Origin: an uncultured archaeon
GTDB taxonomy: Archaea > Halobacteriota > Archaeoglobi > Archaeoglobales > Archaeoglobaceae
Reading direction: 5' to 3'
NCBI GenBank assembly: GCA_964522325.1
Contig: CAZFVO010000001.1
Span: 3,394-67,393 of the forward strand
Length of the DNA stretch: 64,000 bases
The notes under the pieces: generated by a model
The model's database searches: none
Seen by the model: only the letters and a program-made list of their open reading frames with translations
What the model was told of the DNA's origin: nothing
Program-made: the position numbers and the translations under genes
In this document: positions 10,689-19,826 of the stretch, piece after piece
How positions within the stretch are numbered: position 1 is the first letter of the stretch
Layout: each line of letters opens with the position of its first letter

Positions 10689-10848
10689 AGGATTCTATGT
10701 TAACGCACAAAAATGAATCTTATTAACTTCCTAGCTGAAAGAAATGTAATTAAGTTTTAATATTGAAAATAAAATAAAAATAATTAATGATAATGGAAAT
10801 TTATCTTTATTTTTTATTCTTTCTTTTTTAAAACTAATAGTTAAAAAA

Positions 10849-11601
10849 TCAAAGACCTGTGGGTACATCTATGAACTCAACATCTACCTCAAACTCACCA
10901 GCCAAAACCCTCATCAAAGCCTTAACACCGAAAACCTCTGTAGCGTAATGTCCGGCAAAGACAACATTTATCTTTCCTTCCTTCGCCAAATGATAGACGC
11001 TATGATCAATCTCACCAGTTATAAAGATATCTACTTCTTTTTCAATAGCCTCATTCAGTGCAAAGCTACCTCTTCCCGATACTACACCAATCCTTCTAAT
11101 CTCATCACTTCCGAATCTTAGAACAATAGAATTTGGATTTATCTTTTCCTTAACAACACTCAAGACTTCCTCAATTCTCCTACTTCCCTTAAAGGTTCCA
11201 ATGTATCCTATTTCCTTACCTTGATATATTCCAAAGCTTTCTGTTGGCTCAAGATCGAATAACTTGAGGATTTGTACATTGTTTCCCAATGAGGGATGGG
11301 CATCCAATGGAAGATGTGCTGCGTAGAGCGAAATATCATTTTTTATAAGGAATTCAAGTCTTTTTTTGACTATTCCCTTGACATAGTCTATTCCTCCCCA
11401 AATCAATCCGTGATGAACAACTATCATGTCTGCTCCAATCTTCTTAGCTTTTTCAAAGACCTCCATGCAAGCATCCACAGCAAAGGCAACCTTCTCAACT
11501 TCCTCCTTTCCCTCAACCTGCAGACCATTGTTTGACTTATCCTCCCACTCATCAACCTTCAAAAGGTCATCCAAAAAGTTAACGATATCGTAAAGATTCA
11601 T
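10849..11601 (-). CDS. NIF3 (YbgI/DUF34) family dinuclear-metal protein
   Basis: MNLYDIVNFLDDL...DKSNNGLQVEG, IVVHHGLIW, AAHLPLDAH, FITGE..H. Confidence 0.8.
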   Translation of the reverse strand: MNLYDIVNFLDDLLKVDEWEDKSNNGLQVEGKEEVEKVAFAVDACMEVFEKAKKIGADMIVVHHGLIWGGIDYVKGIVKKRLEFLIKNDISLYAAHLPLDAHPSLGNNVQILKLFDLEPTESFGIYQGKEIGYIGTFKGSRRIEEVLSVVKEKINPNSIVLRFGSDEIRRIGVVSGRGSFALNEAIEKEVDIFITGEIDHSVYHLAKEGKINVVFAGHYATEVFGVKALMRVLAGEFEVDVEFIDVPTGL

Positions 11602-11613
11602 TATTTCACCCCT

Positions 11614-12687
11614 TTATCTTTTTAATATACCCAACTCTGTAAGTCTTTCAGGTAAATACACATCGGTTACGAAGTTTAGACCGTATTTTGCTAAAGCTTG
11701 CTGTTCAGACTTCCTACCCATTTCAAGCTGCAATCTAATTTCTCTCTTCCAAAATTCACTGTCAAAACGTGGATCTGCTAATATTGCATTTAAAGCCTTA
11801 ATATCTTCATCGCTTAACTTATCTGATGGAAGCTTGTACTTTAGGATGTCTGAAGGTCTTATTCCGACAAAGAGGGCTGAAGGTGTCGCCAAATATTCTG
11901 AGAGGTGTGCAGACTTTATGGAGCCGTATGCAACACTTGCATATATCCTATAACTCCAAGGATCCCCATCCGTGAAAACCACAACTGGCAATCCTAACTC
12001 AGTGTTCAATCTTCTCAATAACCTTCGAGTGCTTCTTGCTGGCTGACCTTTTAAGTGAACTATTATCGCATTGTAATCCTCATCAAAACCGTTCTCCACT
12101 AATCTATCTCTCATACCCCCCGTCTCAATAGCTATCACAAAATCCGCATTACACTCTAAAAATTCCAAGTTGTCCACGTTTGTTGGAATCTGGTAGCCAG
12201 CTTCACCTACATCGTCTTGGCAGTGTATTATCCTTTCTCCCCTCCTCGTCTTTTCCCTTATTTTGATGTCTCCAAAGACAGTAGCTCCATCCTCTTCAGG
12301 TCTAACGTTAAATGCTTCTCTCTGTAAACCTGTTAAAATTTCAAGATCTTCAATCAACCTATCGCTTTCAAGCTGTTCGTTGAACTTTGCAATACCCCAA
12401 TTTTCGGAGATGTAGTACAACTCCCTTAAGGTAGAAGATTTGTTTTGACTTAACTGCTCCTTCAAAAATCCGATGACGTAAACCATACGCAAGAGTTGAT
12501 AGGCACCTCTAACTGACTTTGCCGATCTTACAGACTTTTTATCACCGTAAACCCAAACTTCAGAAACTTCATCGAACTCTATGTTTTGCTTTGTTCTTGT
12601 TGTAAGCCTTATCTCTGGTATTTCACCCCTTTTTATCTGCTCATATATATCCTCAACTATGCTGAGAAGTTTTGACATTGCATCCAT
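11614..12687 (-). CDS. top6A: DNA topoisomerase VI subunit A (Spo11 homologue)
   Basis: [16 protein letters not shown], Toprim [15 protein letters not shown]. Typical length. Confidence 0.9.
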   Translation of the reverse strand: MDAMSKLLSIVEDIYEQIKRGEIPEIRLTTRTKQNIEFDEVSEVWVYGDKKSVRSAKSVRGAYQLLRMVYVIGFLKEQLSQNKSSTLRELYYISENWGIAKFNEQLESDRLIEDLEILTGLQREAFNVRPEEDGATVFGDIKIREKTRRGERIIHCQDDVGEAGYQIPTNVDNLEFLECNADFVIAIETGGMRDRLVENGFDEDYNAIIVHLKGQPARSTRRLLRRLNTELGLPVVVFTDGDPWSYRIYASVAYGSIKSAHLSEYLATPSALFVGIRPSDILKYKLPSDKLSDEDIKALNAILADPRFDSEFWKREIRLQLEMGRKSEQQALAKYGLNFVTDVYLPERLTELGILKR

Positions 12688-12718
12688 CGTTGGATAATTA
12701 ACTCAAAACATAAAAACG

Positions 12719-13390
12719 TTAATATCCCATAAACAACCTTTCACCCAAGAACTCTGGAAGTCCAGTATTAATTACAGCATCGTAAACCTCCTGAATGTTA
12801 TAACTCACCCTCTTGAGTTTTATCTTACTCTTTTCCGTGTCATAAATGGCAAAGGCTGATTTAGGATCACCATCCCTCGGCTGCCCAACACTGCCAGGAT
12901 TTAGGAAAAATAGCCCTTTATGCCACTTAACAAATTGGATGTGTGTATGACCTACAACCACATTTTTCTCAAGCTCCTCCAAGCTATACTCAATACGTGG
13001 GTCATTAGGAAAGATGTATTCCTCTAAAGCACGTAAATCATCGGCTGGCATTCCGTGGTAGATATTAAACCAGTTGGTTTCTATGCTTAGAGGCAGGTTC
13101 ATAAGCCAATCCAAATTATCTTCCTTTAGATGTTCTCTAGTCCACTCTCCAGCCATTTTTGCATAAGGGTTGAATCCAAAGAAGTCACCAGTTATGACAG
13201 CGTAATCGTGGTTCCCCATAACACTCTTTATGTCCTGATCCTTGAAGGTCTCAATGACTTCATTAGGGAATGGATAGTAACCTACGACATCTCCAGCACA
13301 GTATATTACGTCGCAGTGGTTTAAATGTTTGAGAACCTCTTCAAGAGCTATCAGATTACCGTGAACGTCCGAGATAAGCCCTATCTTCAT
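12719..13390 (-). CDS. Calcineurin-like metallophosphoesterase (MJ0936/YfcE-like)
   Basis: ISDVHGN, AGDVVGY, GNHD, GHTH, NPGSVGQPR motifs. Confidence 0.8.
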   Translation of the reverse strand: MKIGLISDVHGNLIALEEVLKHLNHCDVIYCAGDVVGYYPFPNEVIETFKDQDIKSVMGNHDYAVITGDFFGFNPYAKMAGEWTREHLKEDNLDWLMNLPLSIETNWFNIYHGMPADDLRALEEYIFPNDPRIEYSLEELEKNVVVGHTHIQFVKWHKGLFFLNPGSVGQPRDGDPKSAFAIYDTEKSKIKLKRVSYNIQEVYDAVINTGLPEFLGERLFMGY

Positions 13391-13457
13391 TGAGTAAAAC
13401 TGCTCAAGATTAGTTTAAAATTCATTCGAAAACCTTCGAAGTTACTAGGTATAAAAA

Positions 13458-14246
13458 TTATGATACAATAATTTCCGATATTATTTTATTCATCTCTTCA
13501 GCTTTCTCCTTAAGGATTTCAAGAGCTTTTATCATAACCTCCCGAACTGGAAGAGCACCTGTTCCTTCTACTACAAAGAGATAATTCTCAGTTTCAGATA
13601 CATTTATGGCATTCTCCTCACAAACTTTAACACACTCCATACACATGGAACATTTCAAAGTATCAACAACCTTTACCTTACCGTTAAGCTTTAGAACACC
13701 CCTTGGACACGCATTTACACATTCGCCACATCCGTTGCAGTCTCCAATTGTTATCTCTGGAATTATCTTGTAATAACATGCAGAAACTGGCTGATACTTT
13801 GCGTGCTCCTTTCCAGTTCCTAATCGTGCAACAGCCTCTATCATCAACTGCTGTCCCTCAAATAACTCAACTATTGGAATGTTGTCATAAACAGGTTTTA
13901 TCTCTGGATCCTCAGATATTAAATCTCCAGAATAGACAACTTTGGGCCCTTCAACATTCAACCTGAAGGAAACCTGACAGTTTGGACACCCTTCCCCGCC
14001 ACAAACACACCTTTCCGGTAAGTTAAATCTTTTAAGATCGGTCTTTATGGGGATTAAGCCAATCCTATGAGCTATTATTTCATCGTAAAGGAAGGAAGTG
14101 TTCATATAGAAAACTACGTAATCCACAGCCATGGTAGGCACTAAGCTTTTCATAGCTCTCCTGAATGAATTTGCCAGAGCTATTGGAGCATCTTTAAGAA
14201 TAAATTTAATCTTAAGATCTTTTTCCTCAAGTACTTCGATCTTCAT
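13458..14246 (-). CDS. rpoD: DNA-directed RNA polymerase subunit D with inserted 4Fe-4S ferredoxin-like domain
   Basis: RpoD/Rpb3 fold signature (ANSFRRAM...P) plus CNGCGECVNACP and CSMCMECVKVC. Sits in the S13-S4-S11-RpoD operon context. Confidence 0.9.
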   Translation of the reverse strand: MKIEVLEEKDLKIKFILKDAPIALANSFRRAMKSLVPTMAVDYVVFYMNTSFLYDEIIAHRIGLIPIKTDLKRFNLPERCVCGGEGCPNCQVSFRLNVEGPKVVYSGDLISEDPEIKPVYDNIPIVELFEGQQLMIEAVARLGTGKEHAKYQPVSACYYKIIPEITIGDCNGCGECVNACPRGVLKLNGKVKVVDTLKCSMCMECVKVCEENAINVSETENYLFVVEGTGALPVREVMIKALEILKEKAEEMNKIISEIIVS

Positions 14247-14265
14247 GGTGGATCAAAAATAGTAA

Positions 14266-14658
14266 TTAAACTCTCCTTCCTCTCTTTCCACCTGGTGGCC
14301 TTGTTCCATCGTGTGGGATCGGTGTTACATCCTCTATCCTTCCGATCTTAAGTCCTGCTCTTGCCAAAGCTCTTATTGCAGCCTGTGCGCCAGGACCAGG
14401 TGTTACGTGCTTGTTTCCACCTGGTGCCCTAACCTTTATGTGTACTCCTTCAATTCCCCTCTCCTTAGCGATCTCAGCCGCTCTTAACGCAGCTTGCATC
14501 GCTGTGTAAGGATTACCCTCATCTCTATCCGCTTTAACTATCATACCACCACTTATTCTTGCAATCGTTTCACTTCCAGTTATGTCCGTTATCGTGATTA
14601 TCGTGTTGTTGTAACTGCTGAATATATGAGCTATACCCCACCTTCCCTTCTTAGCCAT
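14266..14658 (-). CDS. rps11: 30S ribosomal protein S11 (uS11)
   Basis: [18 protein letters not shown]...VRAPGG. Operon context. Confidence 0.95.
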   Translation of the reverse strand: MAKKGRWGIAHIFSSYNNTIITITDITGSETIARISGGMIVKADRDEGNPYTAMQAALRAAEIAKERGIEGVHIKVRAPGGNKHVTPGPGAQAAIRALARAGLKIGRIEDVTPIPHDGTRPPGGKRGRRV

Positions 14659-14663
14659 TTACA

Positions 14664-15173
14664 TCACCCCTTAGCAAAGGGAGAATTTGGATAGAAACCT
14701 ATCTTACTTTCCTCATCTTTTTCAACTATGTAGCTTGGGGAAGTAACCCTTCTACCATCAACAGCTATATGACCGTGAACTATTAGCTGTCTCGCCTGCT
14801 TTATAGTCCTTGCCAATCCCTGTCTGTAAACTATCGTCTGAAGTCTTCTCTCTAAGAAATCTTCAACAGTCAAGTTAAGGATATCATCAAGTGTAGCGTT
14901 CTCTTCAAGTATACCCCATCTTGCAAGCTTCTTTATTACCGCATTGGCTTTAGCCCTTGCAATTTCTCCTTCCTTACCAGGTAGGTTAACTTTACTCAAC
15001 AGATCTCTTGCAACTCTTCTATACTTTCTAAGAATATTCTCAAATCTCCAGAGTTCCCTCTTATTTCTCAAACCGTACTTGATTATAAGTTGAGCTTCCC
15101 TTTCAAGTCTAACCTTATCCCAAGGCTTCCTTGGAGTTACATACTTCTTCCTGTGTCTCTTAGGATCACCCAT
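14664..15173 (-). CDS. rps4: 30S ribosomal protein S4 (uS4)
   Basis: [17 protein letters not shown] and an S4 RNA-binding domain (HGHI.VDGR.V..PSY). Confidence 0.95.
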   Translation of the reverse strand: MGDPKRHRKKYVTPRKPWDKVRLEREAQLIIKYGLRNKRELWRFENILRKYRRVARDLLSKVNLPGKEGEIARAKANAVIKKLARWGILEENATLDDILNLTVEDFLERRLQTIVYRQGLARTIKQARQLIVHGHIAVDGRRVTSPSYIVEKDEESKIGFYPNSPFAKG

Positions 15174-15182
15174 AAGATCACC

Positions 15183-15623
15183 TCACTTCTTCTTCCTGAC
15201 AACTCCAACTGTCATTCCCTTTCTACCAGTCGATCTAGTCCTCTGACCTCTAACTTTGTAACCCTTAGCATGTCTAACTCCTCTGTAGCATTTGATCTTG
15301 ATCATCCTTTCGATATCGAGCATCTTGGCAAAGTCAACATCCTTCGCAAGTAAGTGTAAGTTTTTACCAGAATAAGGATCCTTCCTCCTGTTGAACATCC
15401 AAGCTGGAATGTGCTGTTCAAGCTCTTCCTCGACAAACTTCCTAAGTTTTTCGATGGTTTCATCGTCTAGTTCTCCAAGTTTGGCTCTTGGATTTAATCC
15501 TAAGGCGTTCGTTATAGCTCTAGCCATTCTTAAGCCTATTCCCTTTATTCCAGTAAGAGCTATCATTACGGGCTTAGTTCCATCCAGATCAGTATCCGCA
15601 ATTCTGACTATGTGCTTGAACAT
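15183..15623 (-). CDS. rps13: 30S ribosomal protein S13 (uS13)
   Basis: IVRIADTDLDG.K....ALT.IKGIG. Basic C-terminus. Confidence 0.95.
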   Translation of the reverse strand: MFKHIVRIADTDLDGTKPVMIALTGIKGIGLRMARAITNALGLNPRAKLGELDDETIEKLRKFVEEELEQHIPAWMFNRRKDPYSGKNLHLLAKDVDFAKMLDIERMIKIKCYRGVRHAKGYKVRGQRTRSTGRKGMTVGVVRKKK

Positions 15624-15670
15624 CTTTATTGCAAACCTCTCAACTGTATTTAAAACTTGTCACCACAACC

Positions 15671-15681
15671 GTTTAAATTTT
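15671..15681 (+). promoter_or_regulatory. TATA-box-like element (GTTTAAATTTT) about 23 nt upstream of the ATG at 15699
   Basis: AT-rich octamer at the spacing expected for a leaderless or short-leader archaeal mRNA. It lies inside the longest ORF (15657), which argues for the 15699 start. Confidence 0.4.
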
Positions 15682-15698
15682 CGAGTGAACTTTCAAAC

Positions 15699-16982
15699 AT
15701 GTTCTATGATGTTAGGGAGGTTGAAATGTATACCCTAAAGATCTCGATAGAGAATGGGAGGGTAGAAAAACTGAAAATGGATAGGTCAAAGGGGAAGGCG
15801 TTTAGAGTATTAAAGAACGGTTTTTGGGGTTACTTCGTTGGTGATGTTGACGAAAGGGAAGGAATAGCCTTAGCTGAGAAGAACGTCGTTGGAAAGGGTA
15901 ATTCAGATGTTTTAAGAGTAGATTCAAGTGGAGAATTTATCTTAAAGCTTAAAGAAGATTTTAGAGATCTGTCGATTGAGGAAAAGGTAGATTTCCTTAA
16001 AGATGTCGAAAAACATTTGAAGGGTGATAAAATTGTTAGCACGAGTGTGTCGTATTTTGAGAACATTAGAAGGGTTAAATATCACGATTCTTATGGCAAC
16101 GAAGTCTTTTATGAAGTTCCAAGAATAGGGATGGTTATATCTGCCGTAGCTAAGGATAAAACTCTTCAATTTTACTCCAAGAGAATAATGAAGCCAGCGG
16201 GATTTGAAGTCTTAGATAATGCTTATGACTTGGCTGAAGAGGTTGTGGAAGTTCTTTCAAAGCTTGTGAATGCAAAAACTCCACCATCTGGCATGATGAA
16301 TGTGATAGCAGATTCAAGCTTAGCTGGTGTGTTTGTACATGAGGCGTTTGGTCATGCGGTTGAAGCTGATCACATATTGCAAGGTGCAAGTGTTTTGGCG
16401 GATAAGCTTGGTAAGAAAGTAGCCGATGAAAGTGTTAACATTTACGACGATCCAACGATCGAGGAGTTTGGATTCTACCCTTTTGATGATGAGGGGGTTA
16501 AGGCTGAGAAAAAAGTGATTGTTGAGAACGGCATTTTGAGGAACTTTTTGCATTCAAGGGAAACTGCACTCAAACTTAACTCAAGAGCTGGAAATGCTAG
16601 AGCTGAAGGGTTGAAGTTTCCCATAGTTAGAATGAGCAACACGTATTTGGATAAGGGTGATTACGAGTTTGAGGAACTTTTGGAGATTGCTAAAGATGGT
16701 GTGTACCTAATTGGATCGAGAGGTGGTGAAACAAATCCAGCGACTGGCTACTTCCAGTTTAACGCTCAATACGGTTATATAATTAAAAATGGAGAAATTT
16801 ATGAGATGATTAGGGATGTTTCTCTCAGCGGCTACACACTTGAAATACTAAAAGATATTAGGATAGGAAAGGATCTCAGATTTGATCCAGGTTTCTGCGG
16901 TAAAGAGGATCAGCTTGTTCCAGTCTCAGACGGTTCACCATCCATACTGATAAGAGCGTTGGTCGGAGGTGGAAACGAATAA
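15699..16982 (+). CDS. tldD: TldD/PmbA family (peptidase U62) protein
   Basis: HEAFGHAVEADH metal-binding motif, GNAR, G.G..NP.TG.F. Family-typical length. Confidence 0.8.
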   Translation: MFYDVREVEMYTLKISIENGRVEKLKMDRSKGKAFRVLKNGFWGYFVGDVDEREGIALAEKNVVGKGNSDVLRVDSSGEFILKLKEDFRDLSIEEKVDFLKDVEKHLKGDKIVSTSVSYFENIRRVKYHDSYGNEVFYEVPRIGMVISAVAKDKTLQFYSKRIMKPAGFEVLDNAYDLAEEVVEVLSKLVNAKTPPSGMMNVIADSSLAGVFVHEAFGHAVEADHILQGASVLADKLGKKVADESVNIYDDPTIEEFGFYPFDDEGVKAEKKVIVENGILRNFLHSRETALKLNSRAGNARAEGLKFPIVRMSNTYLDKGDYEFEELLEIAKDGVYLIGSRGGETNPATGYFQFNAQYGYIIKNGEIYEMIRDVSLSGYTLEILKDIRIGKDLRFDPGFCGKEDQLVPVSDGSPSILIRALVGGGNE

Positions 16983-17154
16983 TTGTTAAGTTAATCAGCT
17001 CCGCTCAAGATGTGGGGTGGATGGGGGTTAATAAGCCCGAAAGGGCAGAGCTGAGTAGATAGATGAATATGGGGGTTTTCCGAAAACCCTCTAATGAAAA
17101 TAGAAGGATGGAACGTTCTCTACTACAAGACTAGCGGAAAATCAGAACGGGAAG

Positions 17155-17214
17155 TTGATCAGAGATGGGACTATTCATCACAACTCAGTTACGGCCACAC
17201 TCATCATCTCTCAA
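17155..17214 (-). ncRNA. Box C/D sRNA (2'-O-methylation guide)
   Basis: Reverse strand reads UUGA GAG AUGAUGA GUGUGGCCGUAA CUGA GUU GUGAUGA AUAGUCCCAUCU CUGA UCAA. That is C, 12-nt guide, D', 3-nt spacer, C', 12-nt guide, D, with a UUGA/UCAA terminal pairing. Confidence 0.8.
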
Positions 17215-17240
17215 GATGTTTATCAAACTGTAAATATTTC

Positions 17241-18275
17241 TTACTCAAGTCTGTTCCTATCGAGTATGGACATCAACTCGCTCAGATCAAACTCGCATAT
17301 GCCTATAGCAAAATCTGCACATCCATAAGAGACTAGCAAACTGTCATCAATAATACATGCTCCACAAGGAAAAACGACGAACGGTCTGTCACCGTATATT
17401 TCGTAAACTTCCTTAGGCTCCATTATGTAATGAGGTGTTACTGCAGTTATCTCCAAATCTTTACTCATCGTCATTGCAAAAACCTTGTAGGCCTTAGATC
17501 CCCTTTCAAGCCCATGGAGTAAGAAGAGATATTCCCCATCAACCTCAACTGGTGGTGTACTCCAACCTATCTTCTCCTCAAAATCAGCTTCAGTCATTAC
17601 TATGACGGTGTTCAAAAGAGTAGATTCCTCGCAACCTTCATATATCGCATCTACATCACTTATCGTAAGGTAAAACTTCTCTTCGTTGGTGTGAGGTCTA
17701 TGAAAGAGCTTCAAACCATCCTTTGTGTTCACGAGGAAGGCATCCTTATCGCTGACTATGTTTCTCCTGATATGCTCAGGGAATCTGTGAACACAGATCT
17801 TTCTCCATCCACCTTTTTCTTTAACGGCTGTAACTGGTAGTGTTCTCTCCACTCTTATATGTGGATCGAAGTAAGCTACAGTTCTACCACAATATGTCAT
17901 AAAGAGCTTTCCATCTATTACAACTACCCTTGGATCCTCAACACCCCATATATCGTACTTCCAACTTGGATAAACAACAAGTTCGGCCGAGTGGTGAGAT
18001 GATGTAGAATTCAGATAGAGATCTGCTAAGGATAACCTTATTTCCGCAATGGCACTTGCATATACGTAATAACCTACGACGATCCTCGCGTATATGAAAA
18101 CGTCATCTCCATCTAAAACCATGGCTGGATTGAACGCAGTTACTGGGTTTGAAACTGGAAACCTTTTCAAATGTATCCTGTCAGCTGTTATGACCGTCAA
18201 TCTCTTAGCTATATCGACTGTGTAATTCTCTCTTCCTTTTGAAGCTTCATGAGCGTTTTCTAAGAATCTGAACAT
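17241..18275 (-). CDS. GH130 / PH1107-related glycosidase-like beta-propeller protein (possible mannoside phosphorylase family)
   Basis: FNPA, WGVEDPRV, a C-terminal YG.ADF.IG, and a neighbouring mannose-1-P guanylyltransferase. Family call made from memory. Confidence 0.55.
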   Translation of the reverse strand: MFRFLENAHEASKGRENYTVDIAKRLTVITADRIHLKRFPVSNPVTAFNPAMVLDGDDVFIYARIVVGYYVYASAIAEIRLSLADLYLNSTSSHHSAELVVYPSWKYDIWGVEDPRVVVIDGKLFMTYCGRTVAYFDPHIRVERTLPVTAVKEKGGWRKICVHRFPEHIRRNIVSDKDAFLVNTKDGLKLFHRPHTNEEKFYLTISDVDAIYEGCEESTLLNTVIVMTEADFEEKIGWSTPPVEVDGEYLFLLHGLERGSKAYKVFAMTMSKDLEITAVTPHYIMEPKEVYEIYGDRPFVVFPCGACIIDDSLLVSYGCADFAIGICEFDLSELMSILDRNRLE

Positions 18276-18362
18276 GTCATTATGACTTTAGCAACGAATA
18301 TAATTATATCGATTTGAATATTCGGAAAAACTTTAAAAGTGCTTGAATCTAAAAATATTTTG

Positions 18363-19697
18363 ATGAGAGTGCTAATTTTGGCTGGTGGGATAGGTGAAAG
18401 GTTATTTCCGTTGAGCAGGATGAAGTACCCAAAACAGTTCTTAAGGTTCAACGGTAAAAGTCTCTTTCAGATGACAGTTGAGCGTGCTTTAATGATCTCA
18501 AAGGACATATATGTTGTCACAAATGTCGAACACAGCTTTATGGTGGAGAGAGAGTTAAAAGAGATAGATGTCGATGCCGAAATAATATCTGAACCTATGC
18601 CAAAGAACACCCTACCAGCTATCTATCTGGGGATGAAGAAAATAGTTGAAGATTTTGGTAGATCGAAAGTTGCGATTCTTCCATCCGATCATTTGATCGA
18701 AGCTGATGAAAGATTTACATCTGCCTTTGAAAAAGCTGAAAAGCTTGCGGATGATTACCTTGTCACGTTTGGAATAAAACCAACAAAACCACACACTGGT
18801 TACGGTTACATAAAACCTAAAGAGTCGGTTGACGGTGGTTTTATTGTTGAAAAGTTTGTCGAAAAGCCTGATTATAAGACGGCTAAGGTCTATGTTGAGA
18901 GTGGATACCTGTGGAACAGTGGAATGTTCGTTTTTGATAGTGAAATCTTCTTTGAGGAGTGCAGGAAGTATGCAAAGGATGTTATGGATAAGGTTGATGA
19001 AGGAAAGTATGAGGAAATAGATGCTGTATCAGTTGATAAAGGTATATTGGAGAAGTCAAATAGAGTTGCGGTTGTACCTTTGGATACGTTTTGGAGTGAT
19101 GTTGGTAGTTTCGATGCGATTTATGAGATAATCGAGAAGGATGAAAATGGTAATGCTATAAGAGGTGAATTCTTAGGTGTAAATTCGAAGAACAACTTGA
19201 TCATAGGTGAAAATTTGGTTACAGCTGTGGATGTAAATGATCTAGTTATAGTAAGTACGAAGGATGTCACCCTCGTATGTCCAAGGGAATCGTCACAAAA
19301 GGTTAGAGATATCGTTAAAACTCTCAGAAGTAGGAAAGATGAAAGGGCTGAGCACCATGTAACAGTTTACAGACCTTGGGGATCTTATACCGTTCTTGAG
19401 GAAGGAAACGGATATAAGATAAAAAGATTAACGGTTTTACCTGGAAAAAGACTAAGTCTTCAGATGCATTATCATAGGAGTGAGTTCTGGGTTGTTGTTA
19501 AGGGAACCGCAAAGGTTATCGTTGAAGATAGAGAGTTTTTACTTAGGAAAGGAGAGAGTACGTTCATACCAATGGGTGCCAAACATAGACTTGAAAATCC
19601 TGGAAAGGTTACTCTTGAGGTGATAGAGGTTCAAATCGGCGAATATTTAGGGGAAGATGACATCGTAAGGTTTGCAGATGACTTCGGAAGAGCTTAA
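18363..19697 (+). CDS. manC: Bifunctional mannose-1-phosphate guanylyltransferase / mannose-6-phosphate isomerase (type 2)
   Basis: MRVLILAGGIGERLFPLSR, then a C-terminal cupin YRPWGSY..L..G..YKIKRL.V.PG..LSLQMH.HRSE.W. Start taken at the second Met. Confidence 0.85.
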   Translation: MRVLILAGGIGERLFPLSRMKYPKQFLRFNGKSLFQMTVERALMISKDIYVVTNVEHSFMVERELKEIDVDAEIISEPMPKNTLPAIYLGMKKIVEDFGRSKVAILPSDHLIEADERFTSAFEKAEKLADDYLVTFGIKPTKPHTGYGYIKPKESVDGGFIVEKFVEKPDYKTAKVYVESGYLWNSGMFVFDSEIFFEECRKYAKDVMDKVDEGKYEEIDAVSVDKGILEKSNRVAVVPLDTFWSDVGSFDAIYEIIEKDENGNAIRGEFLGVNSKNNLIIGENLVTAVDVNDLVIVSTKDVTLVCPRESSQKVRDIVKTLRSRKDERAEHHVTVYRPWGSYTVLEEGNGYKIKRLTVLPGKRLSLQMHYHRSEFWVVVKGTAKVIVEDREFLLRKGESTFIPMGAKHRLENPGKVTLEVIEVQIGEYLGEDDIVRFADDFGRA

Positions 19698-19770
19698 GCC
19701 GCCGCCGGGATTTGAACCCGGGACCTGGTGATTACGAATCACCCGCTCTACCAGGCTAAGCCACGGCGGC
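19697..19770 (-). tRNA. tRNA-Thr (anticodon CGU)
   Basis: Cloverleaf GCCGCCG/CGGCGGC acceptor, anticodon loop UUCGUAA, T-loop UUCAAAU, discriminator U. No encoded CCA. Confidence 0.95.
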
Positions 19771-19826
19771 TTACCTTTTAAATTCACTCAATGCTTAAAA
19801 ATGTTTTTCATTGTAAAGCTTATTAA

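Noticed and set aside
10689-10848. The extremely AT-rich 160-bp spacer as a replication origin / DNA-unwinding element
   Set aside because: No ORB or mini-ORB-type repeats and no adjacent orc1/cdc6 gene. It lies between convergent genes and contains oligo-T tracts on both strands, consistent with bidirectional terminators.
16485-16512. GAUGAUGA-11nt-CUGA inside the tldD coding sequence (plus strand) as a fourth C/D sRNA
   Set aside because: The GATGATGA encodes the conserved DDE of the protein. No proper C' or D box follows at the expected spacing.
17004-17218. 10-nt direct repeat CTCAAGATGT (17004 and 17209) as possible att-like duplication
   Set aside because: The repeat is short and single, there is no mobile-element gene between the copies, and the second copy is simply the 5' flank of the C/D sRNA.
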